A stretch of DNA of 64,000 nucleotides from an uncultured Actinomycetes bacterium (GCA_963706025.1 CAVPLM010000008.1:149561-213560); one strand, 5' to 3'; shown: positions 19,174-29,496, numbered from the stretch's first letter. Notes: generated from the letters alone by a model not told the origin. Made by a program: numbers and translations.

Positions 19174-21759
19174 TCAGCCCGCCCACCTCTCCACTTGGAT
19201 CAGGCAGGAGTTGTTCGCCATCCCTGTCGAAGTAGGGGTGATGAACCGCTTCGGAGTCAAAATATTGACGCAGCCGGCCTGGTCGGGCGATTCCCCGGGA
19301 GCGCCCAGCGGGTCGTAGTCCGCGCACGACTCGTACGAATGGACCGTCCCCGGCGGCACTCTCTCCGTCACCTGCGCCGCCAGGATGACCGAGCCCCGGT
19401 CGTTGAAGGCGCGTACCAGATCGCCATCTGCGATGCTCCGAGCCGCGGCGTCACCTGAATTGATCCTGATGATCCAGTAGTAACGGCCGTCCTCCCTACG
19501 GAGGCGGTGATCCTTGACCTCGTTGGTCCACGAATCCTTGGCGTCACCCATGGTGTGGAAGCTGAAGCGTGGATGGGGAGATATCAGCTGCAGGGGATAC
19601 TTCGCCACCAGATCTGTGGTGCGATGGCCCTCCCACGACTCGATGTACTGGGGGCCGAGCGCCGGTCTTTCCAGGTCGAGCGTGCCGCCCTGCTCCAACT
19701 GAATCAGACTGGAGGCCACGAACTCGATCTTGCCCGATCTGGTCTGAAGACCGGCAAGCCGGACCGTGTCGGCAGGATGCGGGCCCCAATCCGGCGTGTC
19801 CTTCGGCCGTCCCTCGGCGAACCAACGGAGTGCAGGGGTGGAAGCCTGGCCCTCGGGCACCGGTACGACATAGTAACCCTTCTTCTCGAACTCCTTCCAC
19901 CTGATGACCTTCGGGAGGTCGCTGGCCTCGAACATCTGTCTGACCCAGTCGAGCTCGGTCTTTCCTCCCATGGTGAAGGCCCCGTGGACCCCCAGGCGCT
20001 CGGCCAGACCGGCGAAGATCTCGTAGTCCGACTTCGACTCCCCCAGGGGCTCGATGCATTTCTTCTGCAGGACGACCATGCGATGGTTGGGCGAGCTGTT
20101 GCCGTCGGGGACGTAGCCTGATGCGTAGGCGCACTCGCTGATGTCCCAGCGCTCGAAGTTGGTGCAGGCAGGCAGGATGACGTCGGCGAACTTGGCTTCG
20201 CCTTCGAACCAGATCGACTGATTGACCACGAAAGGGATCTTGTCGTTCTGATAGGCCTTTACGTACCGATTGGTTTCGGTCATGGTGCCGAAGAACGAGC
20301 CGCCGTAGCGGTAGTACATGCCGACCGGAGCGTATCCCTCGGCCGGGTAGTGGTACTCCCGGAACTGGGACTCGATGGAAGACCCGCAGAACCCGCGGCC
20401 CCTCCACTCCAGGCGCTCGTGGAGCATAGCCTCGGGTATACGCAGCCGCGGCACGGTCTGGCCGTCACCGGAGTGATGGGCCAAGCGCACAGCCCCACCT
20501 TGAGGGAACATGCGGTACGCCCAGCGGAACCCTGCCGCGGTGTGATCGAGGTCGCAGGAGATGCCTCCCTCGGAGTATCCGGGGAACACGAAGGACGAAT
20601 CAACCGGAGCGCCCGCGGTCGTGCCCCAGATGTTGCTGCCCGGCTTGCCCATGCCCTGCAAAGCGGCAAGCGCTACCATGGCCCGCGCCCACTCGTTGCC
20701 CGTGGCCGCCCGGCAGGCGCCACCCATGCCGCCCAGGCCGCCCGCCGCCAGCATGGTCGGCTTCGAGGCCCACTCGCGCGCCAGGGCTCGGATGTCGCGG
20801 GCCGCGACGCCCGACTCCTCCTCCGCCCAGGCCGGCGTCTTGGCCATCCCGTCGGTGTCGCCGAGCACGTAGCTCCGCCATTCGGCGAAGCCGGAGGTCC
20901 GCTCGGCGACGTACTCCGTGTCGTACGTCCCCTCGGTGAGCCACACGTGGGCGATAGCCAAGGCCACCGCCACGTCCGTACCCGGGCGGGGCGCGAACCA
21001 TTTGTCGGAGTGGAGGCCGGCGGTGTGGTTGAAGTAGGGATCGATAAAGACCATCTTGATCCCCAGCTCCTTGAGCCAACGACGGCGGGCCGTGCTCTCG
21101 AAGGCCGCGTAGCAGCCGGAGGTGGACTCGGGGTCGGCCGACCAGAACACGATCATCTCGGTGTGCTTGAGCGCATCTTCCAACAGGTCGTACTGTTCCG
21201 GGATGCCCAGACGATGACTGAAGCCCCACATGTGCATGGCGCCCCAGTGCCAGCCTTCCCAGCTGTCGGGGTTGTGCTCGCCGTAGGTCATCCCGACCAG
21301 GTCCATGAATCGGTAGTAGGCGCTGAAGCGGTAGCCCACGCTGCCCCACATGTGGTGCGAGCCGGGAGTGGTGAGCATGCCGGCCGGCCCCAATTCCCGC
21401 TTGACCCGGACGATCTCGCTCGCCACGAGATCGAAGGCCTCGTCCCAGCTGATGGGCTCGTAGCCGGATACGCCTCGGTTGTTGCAGTTGCGGTCGCCCT
21501 TGGCGTCGAAATCCACCCGCTTGAGAGGCGTGAGGATGCGCTCGGGCGAGTAGATGACCGACTTGTGCGCCACCGTCCAGGGCGACAGAGTGGTCCGGCG
21601 CGGAGGGGAGAACGTCCGGCCCCGGGCTTCGATCTTCCATGAGGGTCCGTCGCTGTCGTCGAGATCGATAGGCAGGATGCGAACGATCTCGCCATCCTTG
21701 ACGTCTACGAAGACCGGGCCCCCGGTGGTGCTGTTGGTCAGTCTGGCAACGCGCGTCAT
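19174..21759 (-). CDS. Mo-bis-PGD oxidoreductase, pyrogallol-phloroglucinol transhydroxylase alpha-subunit (AthL)-like
   Basis: Colinear with Pelobacter AthL as I recall it: RLTNSTTGGPVFV, SHHMWG, HNPDSWEGWHWG (Mo-ligand Ser), QSIWFEGE, HPRFSFHTMGD, VHSYESCA, GMANN. Confidence 0.85.
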   Translation of the reverse strand: MTRVARLTNSTTGGPVFVDVKDGEIVRILPIDLDDSDGPSWKIEARGRTFSPPRRTTLSPWTVAHKSVIYSPERILTPLKRVDFDAKGDRNCNNRGVSGYEPISWDEAFDLVASEIVRVKRELGPAGMLTTPGSHHMWGSVGYRFSAYYRFMDLVGMTYGEHNPDSWEGWHWGAMHMWGFSHRLGIPEQYDLLEDALKHTEMIVFWSADPESTSGCYAAFESTARRRWLKELGIKMVFIDPYFNHTAGLHSDKWFAPRPGTDVAVALAIAHVWLTEGTYDTEYVAERTSGFAEWRSYVLGDTDGMAKTPAWAEEESGVAARDIRALAREWASKPTMLAAGGLGGMGGACRAATGNEWARAMVALAALQGMGKPGSNIWGTTAGAPVDSSFVFPGYSEGGISCDLDHTAAGFRWAYRMFPQGGAVRLAHHSGDGQTVPRLRIPEAMLHERLEWRGRGFCGSSIESQFREYHYPAEGYAPVGMYYRYGGSFFGTMTETNRYVKAYQNDKIPFVVNQSIWFEGEAKFADVILPACTNFERWDISECAYASGYVPDGNSSPNHRMVVLQKKCIEPLGESKSDYEIFAGLAERLGVHGAFTMGGKTELDWVRQMFEASDLPKVIRWKEFEKKGYYVVPVPEGQASTPALRWFAEGRPKDTPDWGPHPADTVRLAGLQTRSGKIEFVASSLIQLEQGGTLDLERPALGPQYIESWEGHRTTDLVAKYPLQLISPHPRFSFHTMGDAKDSWTNEVKDHRLRREDGRYYWIIRINSGDAAARSIADGDLVRAFNDRGSVILAAQVTERVPPGTVHSYESCADYDPLGAPGESPDQAGCVNILTPKRFITPTSTGMANNSCLIQVERWAG

Positions 21760-21918
21760 GCCGCCTTCACCCTCCCCCTCCTCGTACCGCCCGGACCGCC
21801 GCCGGGAATCGCGCTCCATGATAGCGAGGCGAAGGTGAAGCAGGACATCGCGATGCCACGTCCGGTCCTGGAACCTCCCTGGCCCGTCCAGGTGCGGGGG
21901 GCGCGAGCTCCATACTAG

Positions 21919-22659
21919 TCAGAAGTCCTCGATCGGCACGTTGTATTCGACTGAGGTCAGCGTGAAGTCGGCATACGGCAGATCACCGTCGGAAAGCTTC
22001 CATACCGCCTGCCCGCGGACGGGAAGGTTAAGCCCGGCCAATCTGCCGTATTCCGTCATCGGCGTCGTCCAGGTATCGAGCGTGTAGGTCCCGTTGCTCT
22101 CGCGATAGCGCTTCGTCACGAAGTTGTTCAGGCGCCCCGCCTGGTCGACGAAGAAACGTGCGCTCACGCTCTTTCCGTGGTCGGTGAAGGTCACATCGAA
22201 CGAATGATCGTCCACCGCCTGCCAGGTGACGTAGTCGCTGAGGAGGGCCACGGGGAACCAGGTCATCTCGTTCAGGTAGCGCATCATCGTGCCCTGGTCC
22301 AGCTCATCGCCCCGCGCGTCGAAGATGGTGAAGAGACCGGCCACTTTCCCGAACATGTGCCCGTGTCCGGCCTTGTAGGTGTCGCTCCCGCTCACCATCC
22401 AGAAGCCGAACATCTTGAGCCGCGCCTTCCAGTGAAACCCAGGCGGATCGGTAGTGTAGATCTGCTCGGCTCTGATGGGCATCCAGGGCTTGTCGGCGGC
22501 CATGCGGAACACGCCCTCGTACCTGATGCGGACGGTGTCGATCCAGGGCTGGCCCACCACGCCCGTGTACTCCAGGTATCGCCGGGCAGGTTCTGGTAGA
22601 TCGGTCAGCATGGCGGCGGTGACCAAGCGCCGCTGATCAGGATCTGGGCGCGAGTTCAC
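21919..22659 (-). CDS. DUF6544-like conserved protein
   Basis: DLPEPARRYL, WMPIRAEQ...PPGFHW, DQGTMMRYLNEMTWFP, GQAVW. Confidence 0.75.
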   Translation of the reverse strand: MNSRPDPDQRRLVTAAMLTDLPEPARRYLEYTGVVGQPWIDTVRIRYEGVFRMAADKPWMPIRAEQIYTTDPPGFHWKARLKMFGFWMVSGSDTYKAGHGHMFGKVAGLFTIFDARGDELDQGTMMRYLNEMTWFPVALLSDYVTWQAVDDHSFDVTFTDHGKSVSARFFVDQAGRLNNFVTKRYRESNGTYTLDTWTTPMTEYGRLAGLNLPVRGQAVWKLSDGDLPYADFTLTSVEYNVPIEDF

Positions 22660-23036
22660 TCCAGCCGGAACTTATCGCCTTCTTTCCTAACCTTGAACTC
22701 CTTCTCCCAAACGATCTCCGGCTTCTCCCGCTGCTTCTCATCTCGCGGATGCACCTTCAGCTTCACCTGGGCGCCTTCTTGCAGATTGCGGGCGATGGCG
22801 TAGCAATAGAGGGTCGGCTCAGAATCTTGCTCCCACGCTCGGAAACTCAGCACAGCGCCTGGAGTGGCAGCCGGGTGGCCCGCGATCGAGCACTCGGCCG
22901 CAAGTTCGCTATCCCACTTCTCCCCAGGCTCGGGCTTCACCTGGAACCTTATCTCGACGGGGGCCAAGGCGGTCGCCTCCGGCTCGAGGGGATTGCTGAG
23001 GATCTCGAGCTCAGGCCAGTTGGCCAACTCTGCCAT
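22656..23036 (-). CDS. Hypothetical protein (126 aa)
   Basis: RBS GGAGGTG and a 4-bp overlap with the downstream gene. Confidence 0.7.
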   Translation of the reverse strand: MAELANWPELEILSNPLEPEATALAPVEIRFQVKPEPGEKWDSELAAECSIAGHPAATPGAVLSFRAWEQDSEPTLYCYAIARNLQEGAQVKLKVHPRDEKQREKPEIVWEKEFKVRKEGDKFRLE

Positions 23037-23074
23037 GGTTGCACCTCCACGGGTCGCGGACTCTGCCGCTTCAG

Positions 23075-23101
23075 ATACCCGAAGGGCCTACCCAGCCAAA
23101 C
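23075..23101 (-). promoter_or_regulatory. sigmaB/sigmaF-type promoter (consensus match)
   Basis: GTTT-N17-GGGTAT, 38 nt upstream of ATG 23036. Confidence 0.7.
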
Positions 23102-23138
23102 GACGAACGATTCCCGCGATCACCGGTAGACTGACACT

Positions 23139-23975
23139 ATGACGTCAAAGAACGTGAGCATCACGATCTTGGTCGACAACAAGGCCGGCAAGGGGCTTGG
23201 GTTCGAGCACGGCCTGTCCCTGTGGATTGAGACCGAGAACAAGCGGATCCTGGTCGATACAGGACAGGGACCTGCATTTGCTCGCAACACCCGGAAACTC
23301 GGCGTCGATTTGGCCACGGCCGACATCCTCGTGCTCAGTCACGGGCACTACGACCACGCGGGCGGAATAGCCTATGTCGTCCAGCAGGCTCCGAACATCG
23401 ATATCTACTGCCATCCGGGAGTCCTCCAGCCACGCTACGCCGTTCGTGACAGGGAAGCGAAGGCCATCGGGATATCGGAGCAAGCCAGGGCAGTTCTGGA
23501 TGGGTGGCCGTCATCGCGTATGCACTGGGTCCGGCAGCCTCTGCTGCTGACCGAGAAGGTCGGGATCACCGCCCCCATCCCGCGCCTCACCAGCTACGAG
23601 GATGCGGGAGGACCCTTCTACTTTGATCCAGCGGGAACGTGCCCCGATCCCATCGAGGACGATCTGGCCCTCTGGATCGAGACGGACCTGGGGGTGGTAG
23701 TCTGCCTGGGCTGCGCCCATGCGGGTGTGGTGAATACCTTGGATCACGTGCTCAGCCTGACCAAAAAGGTCCGGGTCAGAGCCGTCATCGGAGGCTTTCA
23801 CCTGCTCGACGCCGGCCCCGAGCGCCTGGACCAGACGATCTCGGCGTTGCGACTGCATAACCCGGATGTGCTGGCTCCGTGCCACTGCACCGGCGAACGC
23901 CCGGTGACCCAGTTGCGCGATGCCTTGGGCGAACGAGTATCGCCCGCGGCCGCCGGGATGACATACCATTTCTGA
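23139..23975 (+). CDS. MBL-fold metallo-hydrolase (MJ0301-like family)
   Basis: EHGLSLWIE, DTGQ, SHGHYDHAGG, GCAHAG, GGFHL, PCHCTG. Confidence 0.9.
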   Translation: MTSKNVSITILVDNKAGKGLGFEHGLSLWIETENKRILVDTGQGPAFARNTRKLGVDLATADILVLSHGHYDHAGGIAYVVQQAPNIDIYCHPGVLQPRYAVRDREAKAIGISEQARAVLDGWPSSRMHWVRQPLLLTEKVGITAPIPRLTSYEDAGGPFYFDPAGTCPDPIEDDLALWIETDLGVVVCLGCAHAGVVNTLDHVLSLTKKVRVRAVIGGFHLLDAGPERLDQTISALRLHNPDVLAPCHCTGERPVTQLRDALGERVSPAAAGMTYHF

Positions 23976-24004
23976 GACTCCTCTTACAGGGGTGATGACG
24001 CCAG

Positions 24005-24673
24005 ATGCCTTCAGACGATGAGCAGATCCGCGAGATGGCCGAAGCCTATGACAAGGAGGCAGAGGCAACGGGGTGGCTGGGGCCGGAACTCGCCTTCAGC
24101 ATGGTCTACGAGCATATCCGGCCGGGTCAGTCGATCCTCGATATCGGCATAGGGACCGGGTTGGCATCGGTCCTCTTTCGCAAAGCTGGGCTGCGTGTGT
24201 ACGGTATGGATATCTCAGAGAACATGCTCGAGGCTTGCCGGATGAAGGGGTTTGCCGACCTCACGCGCCACGACCTTTCCACGACTCCCTACCCATATGC
24301 TTCGGAGAGCTTCGATCACGCCGTCTGCCTGGGAGTGCTCAACTTCTTCAGCGACCTGTCTCCCGTGTTCGCCGAGGCCGCGCGCCTTCTTAGGACGAGA
24401 GGTACGTTCGTCTTCGAGGTCGGGGACCGCACTGAGGATGAAGACTTCGAATTCGTGGTGGGGCCCGAGCATACCGGCACCGGCGAACCGGTGACGATGT
24501 ACCGCCACAGCAGCCGGCAGATCGATGAATGGACCGATGGGTTCGGCTTCATACTATTGCGAAGCCTCCCGTTCACCGTCTTCATGGATCGTACGAAGAG
24601 AGATAGCCTACGAGCCAAGTGCTATCTGGTGCAGAAGGCGGAGGGCCCCGTTTTGGGCTCATGGGGGCCATGA
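24005..24673 (+). CDS. Class I SAM-dependent methyltransferase
   Basis: ILDIGIGTG, GMDISENML, SFDHAVC. Confidence 0.9.
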   Translation: MPSDDEQIREMAEAYDKEAEATGWLGPELAFSMVYEHIRPGQSILDIGIGTGLASVLFRKAGLRVYGMDISENMLEACRMKGFADLTRHDLSTTPYPYASESFDHAVCLGVLNFFSDLSPVFAEAARLLRTRGTFVFEVGDRTEDEDFEFVVGPEHTGTGEPVTMYRHSSRQIDEWTDGFGFILLRSLPFTVFMDRTKRDSLRAKCYLVQKAEGPVLGSWGP

Positions 24674-25862
24674 CGGAACTACTCCCCACCACGATGATCG
24701 CCGCCAAGCTCGTGCGGAACGGCATTCGTCACCGCTGCCTCAGACTGGTGGGCAGCCAGGGAAGCCCCAGGCCGTCAGCCTGGAGGTGACCCATGAGTGC
24801 GTGTGCCGGTGCCGGATGTGTAACATCTGGAAGATACCCGCGTCGGTACCCGATCTGCCCCTGAGGGAGTGGGTCGAGCTCCTCTCGAGCGATCTTCTAC
24901 GCGATCTGAGGGAGTTGGACATCACAGGCGGGGAGCCGTTCCTCCGTGACGACCTGGTCTCTCTTGTCCGTGCCGTCTGCGACTTGAAACGGACTCATCT
25001 GAGACGACTCAGGTCCATCGCGATCACCACGAACGGGGTTCTGAACGAGCGTGTGGTGAACATGGTCGCCGAGATGCTCGAGCCGATGAGAAACGGCGGA
25101 CTCGACCTGGTCATGGTATGTGCCCTCGATGCCGTGGGCGACCTACACGACCAGATTCGACGCTACGAGGGGGCCTGGGCCTGCGTCGGCCAGACGATCA
25201 GTGGGCTGGTCGAATTGCGGCGGAGCAATCCGCACCTGATCATCGGATTGAAGACCACGGTGATGCCGCAGAACGTAGGCGAATTGGAGAAGATCGCGCA
25301 GTACGCCCGAGAGCGGGATCTGTTCACCATCATATCTCCGGCCATCGTCACGCCAGGTCGCTACCTCAATCCGGACCGGGCGCAAGACCTCGCTCTGTCC
25401 GCCACCGAACGGGACCGTTTGGCCGCGTTCTACGAGAGCCCGGACTTCAAGTGGAGCTACCACGCCAAGACGCTGGCCGGGTACCTGCGAACCGGGCGCA
25501 TCAAGAAACCGTGCTCCTGTGGGTTCAACTACTTCTTCGTTCGTAGCAACGGAGAGGTCTTCTTGTGCCCGCTGTTCGCGGAATCGGTGGGGAACATCGG
25601 GAGCGTACCCGTAGCCACGCTCTTCACTTCTGGAGAGGCGCGAAGCATCCGTGCGCGGGTCGGCAGGTCACCTGAATGCGCCGGATGCACGGAGCCCGGC
25701 CTGGAACGATATTCGCTTCCCTACGAGGGCTTTGCGTATCTTCGTACGCTCCTCGACATGGGACCGCGCTCGTTTCTCGAGCTGCACCGACATCTGGGGC
25801 TCGATAAGTATGCAGAAGGACGTAGGGTGTATGGATGGGTGGGACGGCGAGTTGATGGTTGA
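24670..25862 (+). CDS. Radical SAM protein with C-terminal SPASM/Twitch-like domain (N-terminal frameshift; 3' end interrupted by IS)
   Basis: CxxxCxxC (CVCRCRMC), ITGGEPF, TTNG and CSCG...NGEVFLCP...CAGC. ATG 24670 overlaps the methyltransferase stop and joins the main frame if one G is added in GTGGG near 24750. Confidence 0.85.
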
Positions 25863-26746
25863 GGCAGATGCAGGTCGCGAGGGCGAGCAGTGGGAGAGGA
25901 TGCGCACGACGAGGTTTGTGGGAGTGAGGGCGCTGTGACGCTACAAGGAGAGCAGGTTTTTGCAGGTGCAGAAGACGGACTTGATGAGTTGGAGGATAGG
26001 AGCGAGATGAGGGTTTGTTCTGCGGTTAGTTGGCTAGGGGTGAGCGGACGATGGTACGGCGGAGCTCCGGACAGTAGGGCGAAGTCACGGGCAGAGTAGC
26101 CTTTGTCGCAGAAGATGGTCTCACCGCGGGTAAGCGCGAGGGGAAGAAGTAGGAGCGCGAGCTCTCGTTCGGGCTGGTTGGCCGGAGCGAGCTGGACGCG
26201 CCGGGGGGTGCCATCCGGAGCGCACAGAGAGATGGAGGCGGTATCCGCAGAAGTAGCGGGAGTGGCTGCGGGAGTAGCCGTAGCCGCAGATATCGGCGAG
26301 AGCCGAGCGTCGGGCGGTCTCCACAGAACGGGCGCATTCGACCGGGGTGGAGTCAAGAAGGAGAAGATCGTCATGATGATACGGGGCTCTTAGAACAGAA
26401 GACGTCGAAGAGCCACCGATGGCGTCGGAGAGACGGGCACGGCGCTTGTGATAGGCATCTTGAGTAGGAAGAACGGGAAAGAGATGACCGATTTGAAGAA
26501 GGGCCGCACGAAGGAAGCGACGGTCAGAAGGTATGCCCATGAGCACCTGAGCCACAGACAGAGTGACGATCTCAGCATCGGTGGTGAGACGGCGGGCGTT
26601 TCACCAACTATCAGGCAAAAGATAATAGGCAGTGCAATAAACGACGGTGAAGAGGGTGTAAAGGTAGGGTGAATAGTGGAATAAAAGCAGAAGATGTAAT
26701 AAAAGTAGGTTTGGAAATAGAAAAAAAAAAAAAAGAAGAGGGAAAA
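25813..26746 (-). mobile_element. Degenerate IS982-family element with a broken transposase
   Basis: Fragments TDAEIVTLSVAQVLMGIPSDRRFL, LLLLDSTPVECARS, YGYSRSHSRYFCGYRLH and IFCDKGY, spanning about 0.93 kb with several frameshifts and stops. Confidence 0.85.
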
Positions 26747-26802
26747 TCTAGCCGGCGCCGGCAGACCAGCTACACTATCAGGAGGAAGTCACCGGGGCCC
26801 AC

Positions 26803-26828
26803 GGAACTGCTACAAGAGGCTTCGCGTC
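26803..26828 (+). promoter_or_regulatory. ECF-sigma-type promoter
   Basis: GGAAC-N17-CGTC, 40 nt upstream of ATG 26869. Confidence 0.5.
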
Positions 26829-26868
26829 GCACCGTTGGTCACGTGGTCGGTCTGAAGGGAGGACCGCT

Positions 26869-28446
26869 ATGAGCCCGCAGAGGCTCGTTGCCGCCATCGC
26901 CCTGGCGGCCATGCCCATCATGCTCTTCGCTTGGGTGGAACTCGTTTCCGTCGAGCAACCGGAGAAGATCCAACCCGGCGCCACCTTCTCCGCGGTTGTG
27001 AATGCAGTCGGTCATGATCAGCCGCGGCCCTACCCTCTGGAGAAAGACGCGGCCGCGGTACCCACCGATGGGAAAACCTGGATACGGCTGGGAGTTCTGG
27101 TACCGGAGGACTGGGAGGTCCGGTCCGTCACTTACCGGTTGGACGGCGGGCAGAAGATCAGCCTCGGAGCTTCAGGGCCTGACGAGGAGCGGCAATACGA
27201 AACGCTCCAGCCTGCGCCGCCAGGCTATGCCTGGCAGGCATTCGGGCCGGTCAAGGATGTTGTGTCGGAAGGCACAACCGTTGGCTTCTTCGCCCAGATC
27301 ACCGCGGCCGAACGTACCGGGGTGTACCGGGTGGGCTACATGACCTGGCAAGGACCCTGGTTCACACCTGTAAGGGGAGAGGGCGCACAGGCGCAGCTGC
27401 CGGACGGAGACACCATCGAGCCGTCGCCGAGCTATCTCGAGACTCAGATCACCGTGGGCGACGTGGGCCCGGCCCCTGAAGTGACCGCCTTCGATCCCCC
27501 GGATGGAGCTGCCGACGTTCCGGTGGATACCAACATCCGCATCACCTTCGACCGTGACATGGACATCCAGTCCCTCCGCCAGGGCGGGGTGCAACTATAC
27601 GGAGGGCCGATCTGGTTCATAGACGATCGACCGGGTTGGAAGGTGGACTCCACACTCGACCCTGACTGGATGCCCCCTCCGTGGCCCCCTTATCCGGTGC
27701 CCATCATGGTCTTCTACAACGCTGAGACCCGCACAGCGGTGATCGACCCGAACGACCCGCTACTTGGCGAGACGATCTACACGGTCGTCGTGACCAGGGA
27801 GGCCCGCGCCACAGACGGCGTGCCTGTGGAGGTACCGGTATCCGCCGATTTCCTCACGGCCTCCGGACCGTGGATCCCGTTATTCGTGGACGTGCCTTTC
27901 GATCACATATTCCGCGAACCCATCGAGACCCTGGCCCGCCTGGGCATAGTCAGTGGATTCCCCGACCATACGTTCAGACCCTACGCACCCATCACGAGAG
28001 CGCAGCTGGCCACGATGCTCGTGCGCCTGCTTGGCGCCCATACGCCGGAACCGGATCCGCGACCGGTCTACACGGACATAGGGGCGGTCTCCGATGAAAC
28101 GGCCGATTTCATCGGCGAAGCCACGCGGGCCGGGATCGTGGAGGGATTCCCCGATGGGACGTTCCGGCCCGCCGACACCGTCACCCGCATCCAGTTGGTG
28201 AGGATGGTAGTGCGGGCAGCTCAGGACTGGCTGAGTCCGCCTCCGCCTGGGTATGACGCCGGGTTCGCCGATGTGTTGCCCCTCGACCTCTCCTTCGTCA
28301 ACTGGGCGCACTACAACGATCTGGTCGACGGCAAGTCCCCGGGCCGGTTCGACCCGTGGTCAGAGGCCACACGGGGTCACGCCTCCCGCGTGCTCTACGG
28401 CGTGTGGCTCACCATGCCGCAGCCGCTGCCCCTCGAACGGGAGTAG
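26869..28446 (+). CDS. Surface protein with Ig-like (Big_5) and SLH domains
   Basis: N-terminal hydrophobic segment; PPDGAADVPVDTNIRITFDRDMD (Big_5); FVDVPFDH...GFPDHTFRPYAPITRAQLA and GFPDGTFRPADTVTRIQL (SLH). Confidence 0.88.
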   Translation: MSPQRLVAAIALAAMPIMLFAWVELVSVEQPEKIQPGATFSAVVNAVGHDQPRPYPLEKDAAAVPTDGKTWIRLGVLVPEDWEVRSVTYRLDGGQKISLGASGPDEERQYETLQPAPPGYAWQAFGPVKDVVSEGTTVGFFAQITAAERTGVYRVGYMTWQGPWFTPVRGEGAQAQLPDGDTIEPSPSYLETQITVGDVGPAPEVTAFDPPDGAADVPVDTNIRITFDRDMDIQSLRQGGVQLYGGPIWFIDDRPGWKVDSTLDPDWMPPPWPPYPVPIMVFYNAETRTAVIDPNDPLLGETIYTVVVTREARATDGVPVEVPVSADFLTASGPWIPLFVDVPFDHIFREPIETLARLGIVSGFPDHTFRPYAPITRAQLATMLVRLLGAHTPEPDPRPVYTDIGAVSDETADFIGEATRAGIVEGFPDGTFRPADTVTRIQLVRMVVRAAQDWLSPPPPGYDAGFADVLPLDLSFVNWAHYNDLVDGKSPGRFDPWSEATRGHASRVLYGVWLTMPQPLPLERE

Positions 28447-28496
28447 GCAGGAACAACAACGCGGGCGCCTCGATCGGCGCCGGCCGTTTGCGGACC

Positions 28497-29496
28497 TCAT
28501 CCCCTCCCTGCCTCGTCAGGGAGGACCGGCTCTCCGTGGCCCTGATCCGCATCCGAGACTAGGTTCCCCTCCCCGTTTGCGAGTCCGCCCACGGGAACGG
28601 GAGCGGTGCTCTTCATGCCCCGGGCGAAGAGGATCGCCATACCCGATCAGAATGACGATCATCCCTACGACCTCGGGCGCGGTCGGTTGCTCCCCCAGCT
28701 GCGCCCAGGAGGCGAGCAGACCCACGACCGGGGTAGCCATCGTCCCCAGACCGGCGATACCGGCCGGCAACTCCCGCAGTACGTAGAGCCAGATGAAGGA
28801 CGCCACGCAGGTGGTCATGACCAGGGTGAAGACCAAGGACCAGACAAACTCGCTCGTCCATTCCGGCGCATCGCTTTCGACGAAAACCGCGATCAACAGT
28901 AGCAGGATCGACCCATAGAAGGTCTGCCACCCAGTCAGCGACAGCAGGTCGACTTCGTGGCGACGCCGCAGTATCTTGACCGCGATCGAACCCGCAGCCC
29001 AGCAAACGGCCCCGGCCAGAGCCAACAGGCCGCTTACTGCGTTCTCTAGGTTCCAAGGTTCGATTATCAGAACCAGACCGGCCAACGCCAACCCGACCGA
29101 GAGCCACTGCAACCCGTGGAGCTTCTCGTCGAGGATCGGCCAGGCCATCAGCAGGATCCAGAACTGCCAGGTGTTCGCTAGGAGGGCGGTGCGACCAGCC
29201 CCGCCGGCGACCAGGGCTGCAGCGGTAAGGCCCAAGAAACCGCTGGTCTGAAGGACACCTATGAGCACGGTGAGTCTGATCGCCTTTGGCCGCACCGGAC
29301 GGCGGAGGGCGGCGGCGAAACCCAGCAGCAGGAGACCGCCGGGAAGCGTACGCAAGGCCGCAAACGTGAAGGGCTCGCAATAGCCGACGCCGATCTTGAG
29401 AGGCACCCACGAGTAGCCCCAGATCAGCGCAAGAAGACCCAGCCCGACCACCGGCAGATAACGAGACGACCTCAATGAGCCCTCCCTTGCTTGCAT
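28497..29496 (-). CDS. EamA/DMT family transporter (apparent +1 frameshift near 28642)
   Basis: LALIWGYSW...PFTFAALR and WAQLGEQP. Removing one G restores the last helix IGMAILFARG and a stop at 28497. Confidence 0.85.

Noticed and set aside
26669-26872. Lys-rich small ORF / poly-A tail suggesting a retro-element
   Set aside because: It lies in the degraded end of the IS982 copy, and the A-run is better explained by poor consensus or decay.
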